From NCBI GenBank assembly GCA_965225955.1, contig CBDDBX010000037.1, positions 308-64,307 on the forward strand: DNA of 64,000 nucleotides. The letters are read 5' to 3'. This document shows positions 47,548-57,223 of the stretch, piece after piece (position 1 is the first letter of the stretch; each line of letters starts with the position of its first letter). A model generated the notes under the pieces. That model searched no databases, was not told where the DNA came from, and worked only from the letters and a program-made list of their open reading frames with translations. A program made the position numbers and the translations under genes. This DNA comes from Candidatus Aminicenantia bacterium. GTDB taxonomy: Bacteria > Acidobacteriota > Aminicenantia > UBA2199.

Positions 47548-49089
47548 ATGCCACGAAGCATTCTTAATGATGTACTGGGGCCTGTTATGAGGGGGCCCTC
47601 CAGCTCCCATACAGCAGGTTCTTTTAATATAGGACGAATAGTAAGAGAACTGGTTGGGGAAACACCTCTTAAAATAGAGATATATTTTGATGAAGATGGT
47701 TCTTATGGAGCAACTTACGATAAACAGAATGCTGATAAAGGGTTTGTTGCGGGGCTACTTGGGGTATCACTACTGGATGGAGAATTTAATCAGATACTGG
47801 AAAAAGCCTCTTCAGATGGGATTAAAATTAATTTTGAAATAAAGAGACTTAATAGAGCAGATCATCCAAACTATGTCGAACTGGAGCTCACTGACAGCAG
47901 AAGGATTGTTCACAGGTTTGCAGGTAAATCTGTTGGTGGCGGTTCCATTGAGATTTGTGGCTGGAATAACCGACGGGTATCTTTGAAAGGAACAGAGTAC
48001 GGAGCTCTTGTTTTTATAGAAAATGGAATTGATCTTACTAAAGAGTCTGAGGCCTGGTTAAAGAACAGTTTCGATGAATACTCTCTGAAACATCGTCAGA
48101 AAGGCACTCTCATTACTATTAAGAGTAGAACCCCTTTCACAAGTAGCGAAAAGACAGGTATAAAAGAGATTGCCGGAAAAGCTGATGTAAGACTCTGGTC
48201 TCCTCTCTACTATCCATTTCAGGGTAAAACCCTTTATGAGTCAGTTGGCTCTTTTATTGAATTTGCAGTTAAAAAAGAGCTAAGTGCCGGAGCAGCAGCT
48301 ATTGCAGGTGAATCGTCACTTCTTGGGATAGATGCTGACCTGTGTCGCAGTGAAATGTATAAGCGTTATGAAATAATGGAAGCATCAATAGAAGAGGGAA
48401 TGGATGACAGTAAAGTTAAAATGAACCTGCTTAAACCCTCTGCAGGTGCTATTGCAAAAGCTGTCAGTGAGAATCGTGTAGTTATTGGAGGTCCACACGC
48501 TCTTGCCGGAGCCAGAGCAATGGCAGTAATGCATGCCTGTAATAGCGGAGGTGTTGTTTGTGCTGCCCCAACCGGAGGTGCAGCGGGAGTTATTCCTGCA
48601 GTAATATCAACTCTCAGGGAAGAGTTGAATTTAAGTAAAGACGAAGTTATAAGGTGCCTGTTTGCTGCAGGGGCTGTTGGCTGGGCTGTTTCGGTTCAGG
48701 CAACTTTTGCTGCAGAAAGTGCCGGGTGTCAGGTGGAAATCGGTGCTGCCGGTGCTATGGGAGCTGCTGCGGTTGTAGAGGCGGCTGGTGGTAGTCTGAC
48801 GCAGGCATTCGATGCTGCGGCTATTGCATTTCAGAATAGTATGGGATCAGTCTGTGACCTTGTACAGGGAATGTGTGAAATTCCCTGTCATACAAGAAAT
48901 GCTGCAGCAGCCTCAAATGCATTCTTATGTGCAGATCTTATTCTGGGAGGCTATGAGAATCCGATTCCTTTAGCAGAGACAATTGATGCGGTGTACAGTA
49001 CAGGCAAAATGCTTCCATCTGAGCTGAGATGTACAGCCAGAGGTGGGATTGCCGTTACTCCATCTGCCATGAAACTGGGAGTATATTAA
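47548..49089 (+). CDS. Fe-S L-serine dehydratase, fused beta and alpha chains
   Basis: GPVMRGPSSSHTAG, HPN, SVGGG, AAPTGGAAG, GCQVE, CDLV and IPC motifs. Confidence 0.88.
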   Translation: MPRSILNDVLGPVMRGPSSSHTAGSFNIGRIVRELVGETPLKIEIYFDEDGSYGATYDKQNADKGFVAGLLGVSLLDGEFNQILEKASSDGIKINFEIKRLNRADHPNYVELELTDSRRIVHRFAGKSVGGGSIEICGWNNRRVSLKGTEYGALVFIENGIDLTKESEAWLKNSFDEYSLKHRQKGTLITIKSRTPFTSSEKTGIKEIAGKADVRLWSPLYYPFQGKTLYESVGSFIEFAVKKELSAGAAAIAGESSLLGIDADLCRSEMYKRYEIMEASIEEGMDDSKVKMNLLKPSAGAIAKAVSENRVVIGGPHALAGARAMAVMHACNSGGVVCAAPTGGAAGVIPAVISTLREELNLSKDEVIRCLFAAGAVGWAVSVQATFAAESAGCQVEIGAAGAMGAAAVVEAAGGSLTQAFDAAAIAFQNSMGSVCDLVQGMCEIPCHTRNAAAASNAFLCADLILGGYENPIPLAETIDAVYSTGKMLPSELRCTARGGIAVTPSAMKLGVY

Positions 49090-50123
49090 GACTCTTTATA
49101 AGCCTCTGTAAGGGATATTGTCTCTGATTTTGATATCATGAGGTTTTCAAAACCTGATTCATACAGCATTTTCTTACAGCTGTTTATATCCCGGCCTCTA
49201 CTTAATGAAGTATTCTCTTCTGTATCTCTGGGATTAGCTCCGGTTTCTGCATATACAACATTTGCTCCTGACGTCAGACCTATAAGATTTGGTTCATGAA
49301 CTGCAATGTTTTTCGTTTCCGGGCATCCAAGACTGGCCAGAGCAACTACCGCAGTAACCAGAGCAAGTCTTAGTTCTGTAATCTGTCCATAAGGGGCAAG
49401 TGGAGAGTCCGGCACATAAACCCTGCGCATTGCAGCATGTTGAAAACAACCATATTCAATACCAAGAAATATCTGTTCTGCTATCTCTTCTGCAGAGTGT
49501 TCAGGGCCTACAGGCTCACAGCAGTAGTACCAGTCCAGACCAGATTCTCTTATATTTACAATTGTCTGCTTTCTCTCTTCCGGATCAAGAGCTGTATCAA
49601 TTCCTTCCCGCAGGCGACATACATGATAAGCACCATTAACTCCTGCATTTTTCAACTCTTTTGCCTGTTCAAAGCAGAAATCTCCTATATTTACAACAAT
49701 CTGTGGGTAATGAGGGTTCTTTTCTCTGAGTGAATGTACTACTTCCAGTAGTTCATCAAACCCGAAATTATGCATGGTCATCAGAAAGAGGGCAAAAAGA
49801 TTCCGGGATTCAGTAAAATTGCCCGCAGTTTCAATTATTTCAGATTGAGTCATTTTTATAGGAGTAAAGCCTGTGTGCTCCTCTCCAAAACTGCAGAATT
49901 TACATTTTCCGGGACATGCATCAATCTCTATTCCTATCTGTCCCAGTATTATTCCCTCATTTCTGTAGCGCATTCTGGATAGCTGATCTGCTGTAAGCCT
50001 TATTAGTGATGCCTCGGAAGATACAGGATTACATTCAAGTAGTGTAACGCACTCTTCTTTTGAGGGTGGTTTGCCGTTTTCCGCTCTGTGCAGAATGTTT
50101 CTTATTTTACCATTAATATTCAT
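49086..50123 (-). CDS. Radical SAM protein, biotin-synthase-related
   Basis: CPGKCKFC motif; BioB-like length; lacks the YNHNL motif. Confidence 0.75.
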   Translation of the reverse strand: MNINGKIRNILHRAENGKPPSKEECVTLLECNPVSSEASLIRLTADQLSRMRYRNEGIILGQIGIEIDACPGKCKFCSFGEEHTGFTPIKMTQSEIIETAGNFTESRNLFALFLMTMHNFGFDELLEVVHSLREKNPHYPQIVVNIGDFCFEQAKELKNAGVNGAYHVCRLREGIDTALDPEERKQTIVNIRESGLDWYYCCEPVGPEHSAEEIAEQIFLGIEYGCFQHAAMRRVYVPDSPLAPYGQITELRLALVTAVVALASLGCPETKNIAVHEPNLIGLTSGANVVYAETGANPRDTEENTSLSRGRDINSCKKMLYESGFENLMISKSETISLTEAYKES

Positions 50124-50294
50124 AACAACCTCCTTGTAAGTTGCAGATTTAAGTAAGCAGGTGTGATATTAAAATTACGACGATATCCTGTATACGGTTA
50201 TTTGAATAGATTTGGGGTTTTATCTTAATAGGTGGCTATTTCTGTTTTAAAGTTGGGTACTCTGTACTCAGTACTGATTTTTAAGAGAGTAAAG

Positions 50295-50711
50295 TCAGGA
50301 AAGAATAGTCATTACCAGTCTGATAATTCCATATAAAATGAGACCAGCATATATAGCGATTGAGAGTTTATATGAGAGACTCAGAAGTCTTTTAGTAATT
50401 TTAACCGGTACTATTGAATAGAGTGATTCAGTTATAAAAAGAGTAACAAGAGCAAAAAGTACCCCGATTCCAAAGGGATGATAGGTCCATGCTGCTTCGA
50501 AATGTCCGTTTCCCGCAGCAGAAACAGATCTGGTGATTCCACATCCGGGGCATGGAAGACCTGTCATTGTATTGAAATAGCATACCGATGGGCTGTCTTC
50601 CACAGTGTTTGTGTCAACAAAAACAGCAAAGGCAATAATGAGGCCCAGAGTAATGGCAAGTATGCCGTGTAATAATCTTGTACGATCTTTTTTGTTATTA
50701 ACAGATTCCAT
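50295..50711 (-). CDS. DUF2752-family membrane protein
   Basis: CYFNTMTGLPCPGCGITRS..HP. Confidence 0.88.
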   Translation of the reverse strand: MESVNNKKDRTRLLHGILAITLGLIIAFAVFVDTNTVEDSPSVCYFNTMTGLPCPGCGITRSVSAAGNGHFEAAWTYHPFGIGVLFALVTLFITESLYSIVPVKITKRLLSLSYKLSIAIYAGLILYGIIRLVMTILS

Positions 50712-50860
50712 TATCTCTGATTCTGAATGCCTCTCTTACTGTGGGATTAAAGGGGATTACAAATACCCGGAATGTAACACCAATCCCAAAATACCTGAAA
50801 TAATCATCATTATTCCAGGTATCTGAACTATTTTTTTTACAAGTTTATCTGTTTCACCAG
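50712..50860 (-). pseudogene. Internally deleted remnant paralogous to the upstream membrane protein
   Basis: Reads VKKIVQIPGIMMIISGILGL in one frame, then VFVIPFNPTVREAF in another. Confidence 0.45.
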
Positions 50861-51289
50861 TTAATGCTGCTGCTGATGATTTGGCTGATTATCTTTGAAA
50901 GCCTGTTTTACTTCAGGTTTGAGAAGAACAACCAGACTCCATATGCCAAAAGGAATACCTATACAGCATGGAGTTAAGCAGGGGATAATTGCAAGAATTG
51001 AAGCTGCCATAGATAGTTCATAACTTTCAAGTTTCTGCATCTTCAGAGCTCCAAAAACCATAATTGTAGCAATACCTACAAATATCAGATTGAATATAAA
51101 GGCAAAGCTTCCGCCTACATATCCTGCAATTCTGTGATCAACGTTACCATATACATCCTGCAGGTTCATGAAGCCCAGATCCAGTATGGAACCCAGAAAA
51201 GAGAAAGCAGCAAACATCAGACTTAAGATACCTATAACCATTAAGCCGATAGCTGCGGGATTTACTCTGCTTTTAATGTTGTTGTCCAT
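50861..51289 (-). CDS. Small membrane protein
   Basis: ATG after GGAGG; hydrophobic helices; IPCLTPCCIGIPFGIW..PEVKQAF. Confidence 0.75.
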   Translation of the reverse strand: MDNNIKSRVNPAAIGLMVIGILSLMFAAFSFLGSILDLGFMNLQDVYGNVDHRIAGYVGGSFAFIFNLIFVGIATIMVFGALKMQKLESYELSMAASILAIIPCLTPCCIGIPFGIWSLVVLLKPEVKQAFKDNQPNHQQQH

Positions 51290-51385
51290 TTTTCCTCCCG
51301 GTTTATTTATGATGGTAAACAATTCGGGTGTGGAAATCAAGAGAGTGGTACAGGAGAATTCGGACGAATTCTCCTGATATATGAG

Positions 51386-52396
51386 TTATTTTTTTATAAA
51401 CAGCCAGATCAGCCCGGTTATTACAAGCAGTCCTGTAAGGATAATGAACCACCAGTTAACGGTTCTGTAGGAAACAGACATTGTATAGCTGGAAAAAAAG
51501 TAGTGGTTAGGTTCTACTTCCCAGTACGCTGTTGAGCCTTTAAGTGAATCTGCATTGGTATCTTCAATAATGCCTGGTACATTTACTCTGTTTTTTATGC
51601 CGATTAAGGCAATGTTCTTTGTGTGTTCAAATTTACTGAGCATTCTTCTGAAGTTTTCAGAATTTATGGCTTTTTCAAAGTCAAAATAGTCTGTGTCTGT
51701 ACTATTAAAATCTCTAAGAATCTCTATCAGGCCTTTCTTGTCCAGATTGTTATTATCTATATCAAGACGGCTGCTCAGTTTTTTATATATTCCATCTTTT
51801 GCTTTTCTGATTATGTCTCTGTTATTACTGAATTCCAGAGCCAGATTGAAAAGCTCTTCAAAAACCGAGCGGCTTATCCAGTTCTGAAACTTCTGATTCA
51901 GCAGGCTGTTTTCTGGTTTTGCAAGCTCTTTGTCCAGATCGTTGAATATATATTTATTTAAAAAGTCAGCTTCTGTGGTGGAAAAATGCCTGTTAAAAGG
52001 AATTTTGTTAAATGGAAAGAAAGGCAGATATTTTTCACTGTAAATGTGATGATTGAAAAACCAGCTGAACTCTTTGGTGTAAGTTGTTTCTATTCTGGGG
52101 AAATCTCTGTATTCAGGTATATTAAATTCCAGGTTAACTGCATCTGCATTTTTATACCTTTTTCTTATGATATTTCTGAACTTGTCAATAGACAGAGCCT
52201 TTGTTTCTTTTGAATCCGGCTTTACTATTATAGTAGGTTTTACTTTTTTTGGACGGGATTTGTAATACTCTACGGATATGGCTTTATCTATTGATCCGTC
52301 AGAGTTCACGGATGTGTCGATTGTATACTCTTCGCATCCGGTAACGATAAGAACTGCCAGTAATATAATTAATAAGTAAAGTTTTCTGTTTAACAT
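51386..52396 (-). CDS. Lipoprotein with C-terminal TM anchor
   Basis: Lipobox VTGC; VNSDGS; PGIIEDTNAD; hydrophobic tail. Confidence 0.7.
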   Translation of the reverse strand: MLNRKLYLLIILLAVLIVTGCEEYTIDTSVNSDGSIDKAISVEYYKSRPKKVKPTIIVKPDSKETKALSIDKFRNIIRKRYKNADAVNLEFNIPEYRDFPRIETTYTKEFSWFFNHHIYSEKYLPFFPFNKIPFNRHFSTTEADFLNKYIFNDLDKELAKPENSLLNQKFQNWISRSVFEELFNLALEFSNNRDIIRKAKDGIYKKLSSRLDIDNNNLDKKGLIEILRDFNSTDTDYFDFEKAINSENFRRMLSKFEHTKNIALIGIKNRVNVPGIIEDTNADSLKGSTAYWEVEPNHYFFSSYTMSVSYRTVNWWFIILTGLLVITGLIWLFIKK

Positions 52397-52407
52397 TTGT
52401 TACCTCC

Positions 52408-53106
52408 TTAATAAGAGTTCAGAATCCGCTGAATCTTATTCCGCTTTTTTAAAACTATTTCAAGCTCTTTCCTGGTGAGACCATCTTCGGGATTCACTTC
52501 AGAAAGTTCAGGAATAGCTTCTTTTAAGATGCTGTATAACTTCTGCTGCTTTCTACTGACCCTTTTTATTTCCTGCATGAGAATTTCGAGCTCTCTTTTT
52601 GAGATAACAATTTCTGTATTTTCAGAATGATTCTGCTGGATGTTTGAAGGGATAGTACCAGTAAGAAGTAGTCTTGAAGCCTGTTTTCTGAATCTGGTTG
52701 CATCAGACTCTATTCTGTAACTACTGTTTGTGAATCTGTTTTCAAGTTCATACCTGGAGTTCAGTATAGAGCCCATCTGAAATGTAAGGGTAAGTACTGA
52801 TGCTGCTATTGCTGTTTTCATAATAAGTCGCAACTTTCTGCTTCCCGGGGATGAAGAAGAGTTCTCTTTGTTACTGAAAAAGTTTTCTGATTCAAGGGTC
52901 TTCATGATTGAGAGGCTCAGATCATGATTCTCTGCAAAATCAGGGTTCCCGCTATTTATTATTGAATTCATTGTTTGCAGCTCTCCATAGAGTTGTCTGC
53001 ATTTATGACATTCTCCTATATGATTCATAAGAAGCTGCTCTTCAGTTTGTGTAAGCTCCTGGTTACCGTAAAGGTATATGAGTTGTTCAAACTTACTACA
53101 GTTCAT
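52408..53106 (-). CDS. Zinc-binding (zf-HC2) anti-sigma factor
   Basis: MNC...HIGECHKC, then a TM helix; coupled to the sigma gene. Confidence 0.85.
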   Translation of the reverse strand: MNCSKFEQLIYLYGNQELTQTEEQLLMNHIGECHKCRQLYGELQTMNSIINSGNPDFAENHDLSLSIMKTLESENFFSNKENSSSSPGSRKLRLIMKTAIAASVLTLTFQMGSILNSRYELENRFTNSSYRIESDATRFRKQASRLLLTGTIPSNIQQNHSENTEIVISKRELEILMQEIKRVSRKQQKLYSILKEAIPELSEVNPEDGLTRKELEIVLKKRNKIQRILNSY

Positions 53107-53660
53107 ACTACCTCCATAGAAAACAGACGGGTAAGTTCTCTTTTAATAAATTTTCTTGCGTGATAAAGGTTGGATTTAACAGCCCCATTACTTATTCCAA
53201 GAAGCTCTGCTGTTATATTTATTGGTAATTGCTCAACATCTCTCATGAAAAAGACCTCCTTTTGCCTTGGCTGAAGCTTTTCGGCAATCTGGAGTATTCT
53301 TGATCTGGTATCCAGTATCTCCATCTCTTTATCAGCAGAAGATTCTGAAGCAGGAGAGTAATGTTCTATTACTGAATCTGCTTTTGAGGCTCTCCTTTTC
53401 TTCTGTCTTAAACGATCAAGACATATGTTCTGGATGATTCTGTAAAACCAGGTTGTAAACTCAGATTCATAACTGAATTTATCAATATTTCTGAAAAGCC
53501 TTATAAAAGCATCCTGAGCAGCATCAACAGCATCCTCTTCATTTTTAAGATGTCGGAAGGCGACCTTTATGGCAAAACTCTGGTGACGCTTTATCAGTTC
53601 ATCAGCTGCTTTACGGTCTCTCTGTTTAATTTTTTCAATCAGGTTAAAATCGCTTTTCAT
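53103..53660 (-). CDS. ECF RNA polymerase sigma factor
   Basis: DAAQDAF, FTTWFYRIIQNICLD and GAVKSNLYHAR motifs. Confidence 0.92.
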   Translation of the reverse strand: MKSDFNLIEKIKQRDRKAADELIKRHQSFAIKVAFRHLKNEEDAVDAAQDAFIRLFRNIDKFSYESEFTTWFYRIIQNICLDRLRQKKRRASKADSVIEHYSPASESSADKEMEILDTRSRILQIAEKLQPRQKEVFFMRDVEQLPINITAELLGISNGAVKSNLYHARKFIKRELTRLFSMEVV

Positions 53661-53825
53661 CTCTTATCCTGCCAGTATCTGAAACTCCATAAGTTATACG
53701 CCACAGAGGATAAAAGGTAAAATGTCACTTCAACTTTTGCACAAAACTGAGTGTAACGGCGTTCTGAAAAGAACGTGCCGGGAATGGTATGTGTGTTTCT
53801 TTGATATAAACGCTTCCGGATGGTG

Positions 53826-53850
53826 CCGCCCTGCGTGGCAGGGCGGACTT
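53826..53850. terminator. Hairpin downstream of the TonB receptor gene
   Basis: CCGCCCTGC-GTG-GCAGGGCGG. Confidence 0.5.
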
Positions 53851-53869
53851 TGTATTAGAAAGGTCTTAT

Positions 53870-56800
53870 TTAAAAGCTTAGCTTTGCACCAAGTCTTACT
53901 GATATAGGAGGCATGAATGAATATTTCATGAGGAATCTTGGATCAGTCTTATATTCCTTCATCAATTCATTTGCATCATATGTTGCTATGATCTCTTCAT
54001 TTTTCAGAGTAGGTCTTTCATTTGTCCAGTTGTTCCAGATCTTTCTTGCAATTTTGTTGTTTGTAAGATTTGTTATATTGGCACTAAGGTTGAGATTCAT
54101 TGTTTTGAAAAGTTTGACATTCTGCTCAATATACATATCTATCTGCCATATTGAAGGAGTTCTGCCATCTGTACCTCTGCCAAGTGGGTAGTAACCATCC
54201 TGACTATTCAGGCTGAGAGATCTTGAAACCGGAGTTCCACTCTTAAAAGTTGAGTTTATACCGACAGTAAGACCAAAATCGAAAGTATAGGCACCATAAA
54301 GTTTCATGTCGATAGGTCTGTCTGTAGGAAGCAGGCCTGTGGTTTCTTTAAGGTTCTGGTCATAGTGAAGATACCATGAATCAAAATATCTTGCTCCATT
54401 GGGGTCCATTCTTACACCTTCATCAGTACTTGATAATCCAGAAAAGTTCCCCCAAAGTCTACTAAGAGTGAATGATAGACCCCCCATCCAGTTGTCGGAG
54501 AATTTTTTGTCAAGCTGAACCTGAACTGATGTGTAACGTCTCTTAGGTGTAGGGCACTTTATACCTTCTGGTATATGTGGAGACTCAGCAAATTTTTTGT
54601 TAATCCAGTCTGAACCCGGGTTACCAATGTAATAGTGCTCATTGGAACCAATAAGAACACCGATATCTTCAATTGCGTTAATTACACTGTTGTGCATGAA
54701 ACGGATTGATGCTGATACGTTGTCAGATAACATTCTCTGGTATCCAAGAGTAATTTCCAGTTTGGAGAATGGTTTCATATCAGGCTGTTTATCAGCATCT
54801 GTCGCTATAGGTCTATCGTTAATTGCTTCGAGCAATTTACCCCCAAGAATTGGGTCTGTTGAGCCTGTCCAGTTGTAACTTGTCTGATCAAGGTACTTTG
54901 TCCAGTCAGGGTCTACGATTTCATAAAATGCTTTTTTCTGTACTTTACCTCCATAATTTGTGCTGGAGAGATATAGTTTCATAACATCGTAGTAGATACC
55001 AAAGCTACCAAAAATCTTATTTTTACCATCGCCTTTCAGATCGTAAGAGAAACCCACACGTGGAGCGATTTTGTCAAAGAAATCAAATTTAAATGCTGCA
55101 GCACCTGCATTTTTTACTCCGAACTTAGGGAGATACTCTTTTTCAAGTCTCACACCTGCATTGATTGTGAGGTTGCTGCCAATTGTCCAGCTGTCCTGTA
55201 GATACATTGCCCATCTGTTTGCATGGGTTTTTCCAATTGTTCCCTGTATGTATGCTCTTACATATCCGTATTTTACATCATGCTTTTCTCCGGTTTTTGT
55301 TTTGTATGTAGAGTACGTACCATCAGGCTGCTTCCAGTAGAATCTCCAATATTCGTTTACTGTACCTGTGTTAATGTCCTGCTCGATTCTGGACCAGGAT
55401 ATACCTGCTTTAAGTACATGTTCTCCACCAAAATTAGCATAATGGGTAAAGTCGCCTTTCAGCTGGAATCTTTGGGAGATGTTTTTTTTATACTCATTGA
55501 GTTGATCCCATCCAATATTGTTCCACCAGGTGTTGTGTTTTAATTCGTCATCAATACCTGTGATGTGATGGTTGCTTGCATTAAAAAGGATTCTGGTTTT
55601 TGAGGGTGGTTCATCTCCTGAATCATACCCATTACGTCTGAAATATCCACCTGAAATTGCAAGGAATGAGTTGTTGCCTATAGACCAGTCCAGGTTACCT
55701 GCAAGAGTTACTCCAGGCATTGTATATCCAAACTTTGACCATGCTTCTTTGTCATCATAGTTTGATGTGCCTGCTAAGGAAGGCAGATTACGTTTATCTT
55801 TCTGCCAATCCATAGAACCGCTCATTGATAATCTTATATTGTTTGTGATTGATGCAGTAATTTTAGCAGTTCCTTTATAACGGATAGTTTCTGAAGTAAA
55901 GATCTCTCCATCGTGTTCAGGTTTTTCCAGGAATCTTCCAGGACGTTCAGTTTTGGAGAATCTTGGCATAAAGTTTGTATAGAACCATACTTTATCCTTA
56001 ATAATATAGCCACCAAGAGACAGGCCCAGATCTAAACCAGTCCATGTGTCTTTTTTTCTGCCGGTATCATACTCAGCTTCAGGAGGTGATGCACTTGGTT
56101 TGAGCTGCAGAACTTTTCTGGGTTTGCCGTTTAGAGCACTGTGATCCAGATATGCTGTTGCATCACCATGAAATTCGTTACCTCCTGATTTAGTGATAAC
56201 AGAGATAACACCACCCATTGAACCACCATATTCAGCAGAATAACCAGATGACTTAACCTGAACCTCTTCAACTGAATCGTAGTTAACTGACTGACCTGAA
56301 GCACCACTTGTGAGATTGGTTGTATTAACCCCATCTACAAAAAAAGTGTTTTCTGAAGCACTGGCGCCTTCAAAGAAGATACCGCTTCCAGAGCCGCCGG
56401 ATTCATGGTTAATACCAGCCTGGGTTGTAATTACTGAGGTAAAGTTTCTTCCTCTTGGAAGTTTTGTAAATACCTCTTTCGTTATGTTAATTGATGTAGA
56501 ACTTTTTCTGACATCCACAAGAGGTGAAGCACCTTCAACAATAACCTCTTCCTGAATCTGACCAGTCTGCATTACTCCGTCAATTTTCAGGGTTTTACCA
56601 ACTTCAAGAATAATTTCAGAACGGACAATCTGTTTGAAACCATCAAGGGTAAATTTAACAGTGTATTTACCCGGTGGTAGTGCCATGAGCCTGAATTTTC
56701 CATTCTCATCCGAGACGGTTGTTTTTGACCCAACAAGGTTGGTTCCTGTTGCAGTTATAGTAACACCTGGTACCACTTCCCCGCTTTCAAGCATTACTGT

Positions 56801-56887
56801 TCCGATGAATTCACCAGTCTGCTCCTGAGCACTAATAGTTACTGCAAGCAATACAACAATTAATGCTACACAAATTTTTTTGAACAT
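53870..56887 (-). CDS. Oar-like TonB-dependent receptor, paralog 1
   Basis: Signal peptide; carboxypeptidase-regulatory domain; SGYSAEYGGSMGGV; YLQDSW; APRVGFSYD; C-terminal F. Confidence 0.9.
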   Translation of the reverse strand: MFKKICVALIVVLLAVTISAQEQTGEFIGTVMLESGEVVPGVTITATGTNLVGSKTTVSDENGKFRLMALPPGKYTVKFTLDGFKQIVRSEIILEVGKTLKIDGVMQTGQIQEEVIVEGASPLVDVRKSSTSINITKEVFTKLPRGRNFTSVITTQAGINHESGGSGSGIFFEGASASENTFFVDGVNTTNLTSGASGQSVNYDSVEEVQVKSSGYSAEYGGSMGGVISVITKSGGNEFHGDATAYLDHSALNGKPRKVLQLKPSASPPEAEYDTGRKKDTWTGLDLGLSLGGYIIKDKVWFYTNFMPRFSKTERPGRFLEKPEHDGEIFTSETIRYKGTAKITASITNNIRLSMSGSMDWQKDKRNLPSLAGTSNYDDKEAWSKFGYTMPGVTLAGNLDWSIGNNSFLAISGGYFRRNGYDSGDEPPSKTRILFNASNHHITGIDDELKHNTWWNNIGWDQLNEYKKNISQRFQLKGDFTHYANFGGEHVLKAGISWSRIEQDINTGTVNEYWRFYWKQPDGTYSTYKTKTGEKHDVKYGYVRAYIQGTIGKTHANRWAMYLQDSWTIGSNLTINAGVRLEKEYLPKFGVKNAGAAAFKFDFFDKIAPRVGFSYDLKGDGKNKIFGSFGIYYDVMKLYLSSTNYGGKVQKKAFYEIVDPDWTKYLDQTSYNWTGSTDPILGGKLLEAINDRPIATDADKQPDMKPFSKLEITLGYQRMLSDNVSASIRFMHNSVINAIEDIGVLIGSNEHYYIGNPGSDWINKKFAESPHIPEGIKCPTPKRRYTSVQVQLDKKFSDNWMGGLSFTLSRLWGNFSGLSSTDEGVRMDPNGARYFDSWYLHYDQNLKETTGLLPTDRPIDMKLYGAYTFDFGLTVGINSTFKSGTPVSRSLSLNSQDGYYPLGRGTDGRTPSIWQIDMYIEQNVKLFKTMNLNLSANITNLTNNKIARKIWNNWTNERPTLKNEEIIATYDANELMKEYKTDPRFLMKYSFMPPISVRLGAKLSF

Positions 56888-56967
56888 TGTTCCTCCTTTA
56901 GTAGTAATAGACCTTTCTGTGATACGTGATATCTAATGTCAGATATATGATGTATCACTTAAAGAGA

Positions 56968-56983
56968 AGCAATAGGTATGCCA
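56968..56983 (-). promoter_or_regulatory. Sigma54 (-24/-12) promoter
   Basis: Minus strand TGGCAT-ACCTA-TTGCT, about 80 bp upstream of the ATG. Confidence 0.75.
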
Positions 56984-57223
56984 ACTTTATATTTGCTTTG
57001 TTCGGTAATGTGTAAGAGTGATAATGCGGATGTTAAGGGACATTTTGCGTGTGTAAGTGTACAGAAAAATGATGGGAATGAAAAGTAGAATACTGAGTGT
57101 TGCTATTGATAGGTACAAGAAAATGGATGGAAGCAGTGTTTTTTTGTTAAGTATTAAACTAAAAGTTGTTTTTTTTTAACATAATATCGACTTGAAACTG
57201 ACAATTGTGAGCATTAATCTGAA

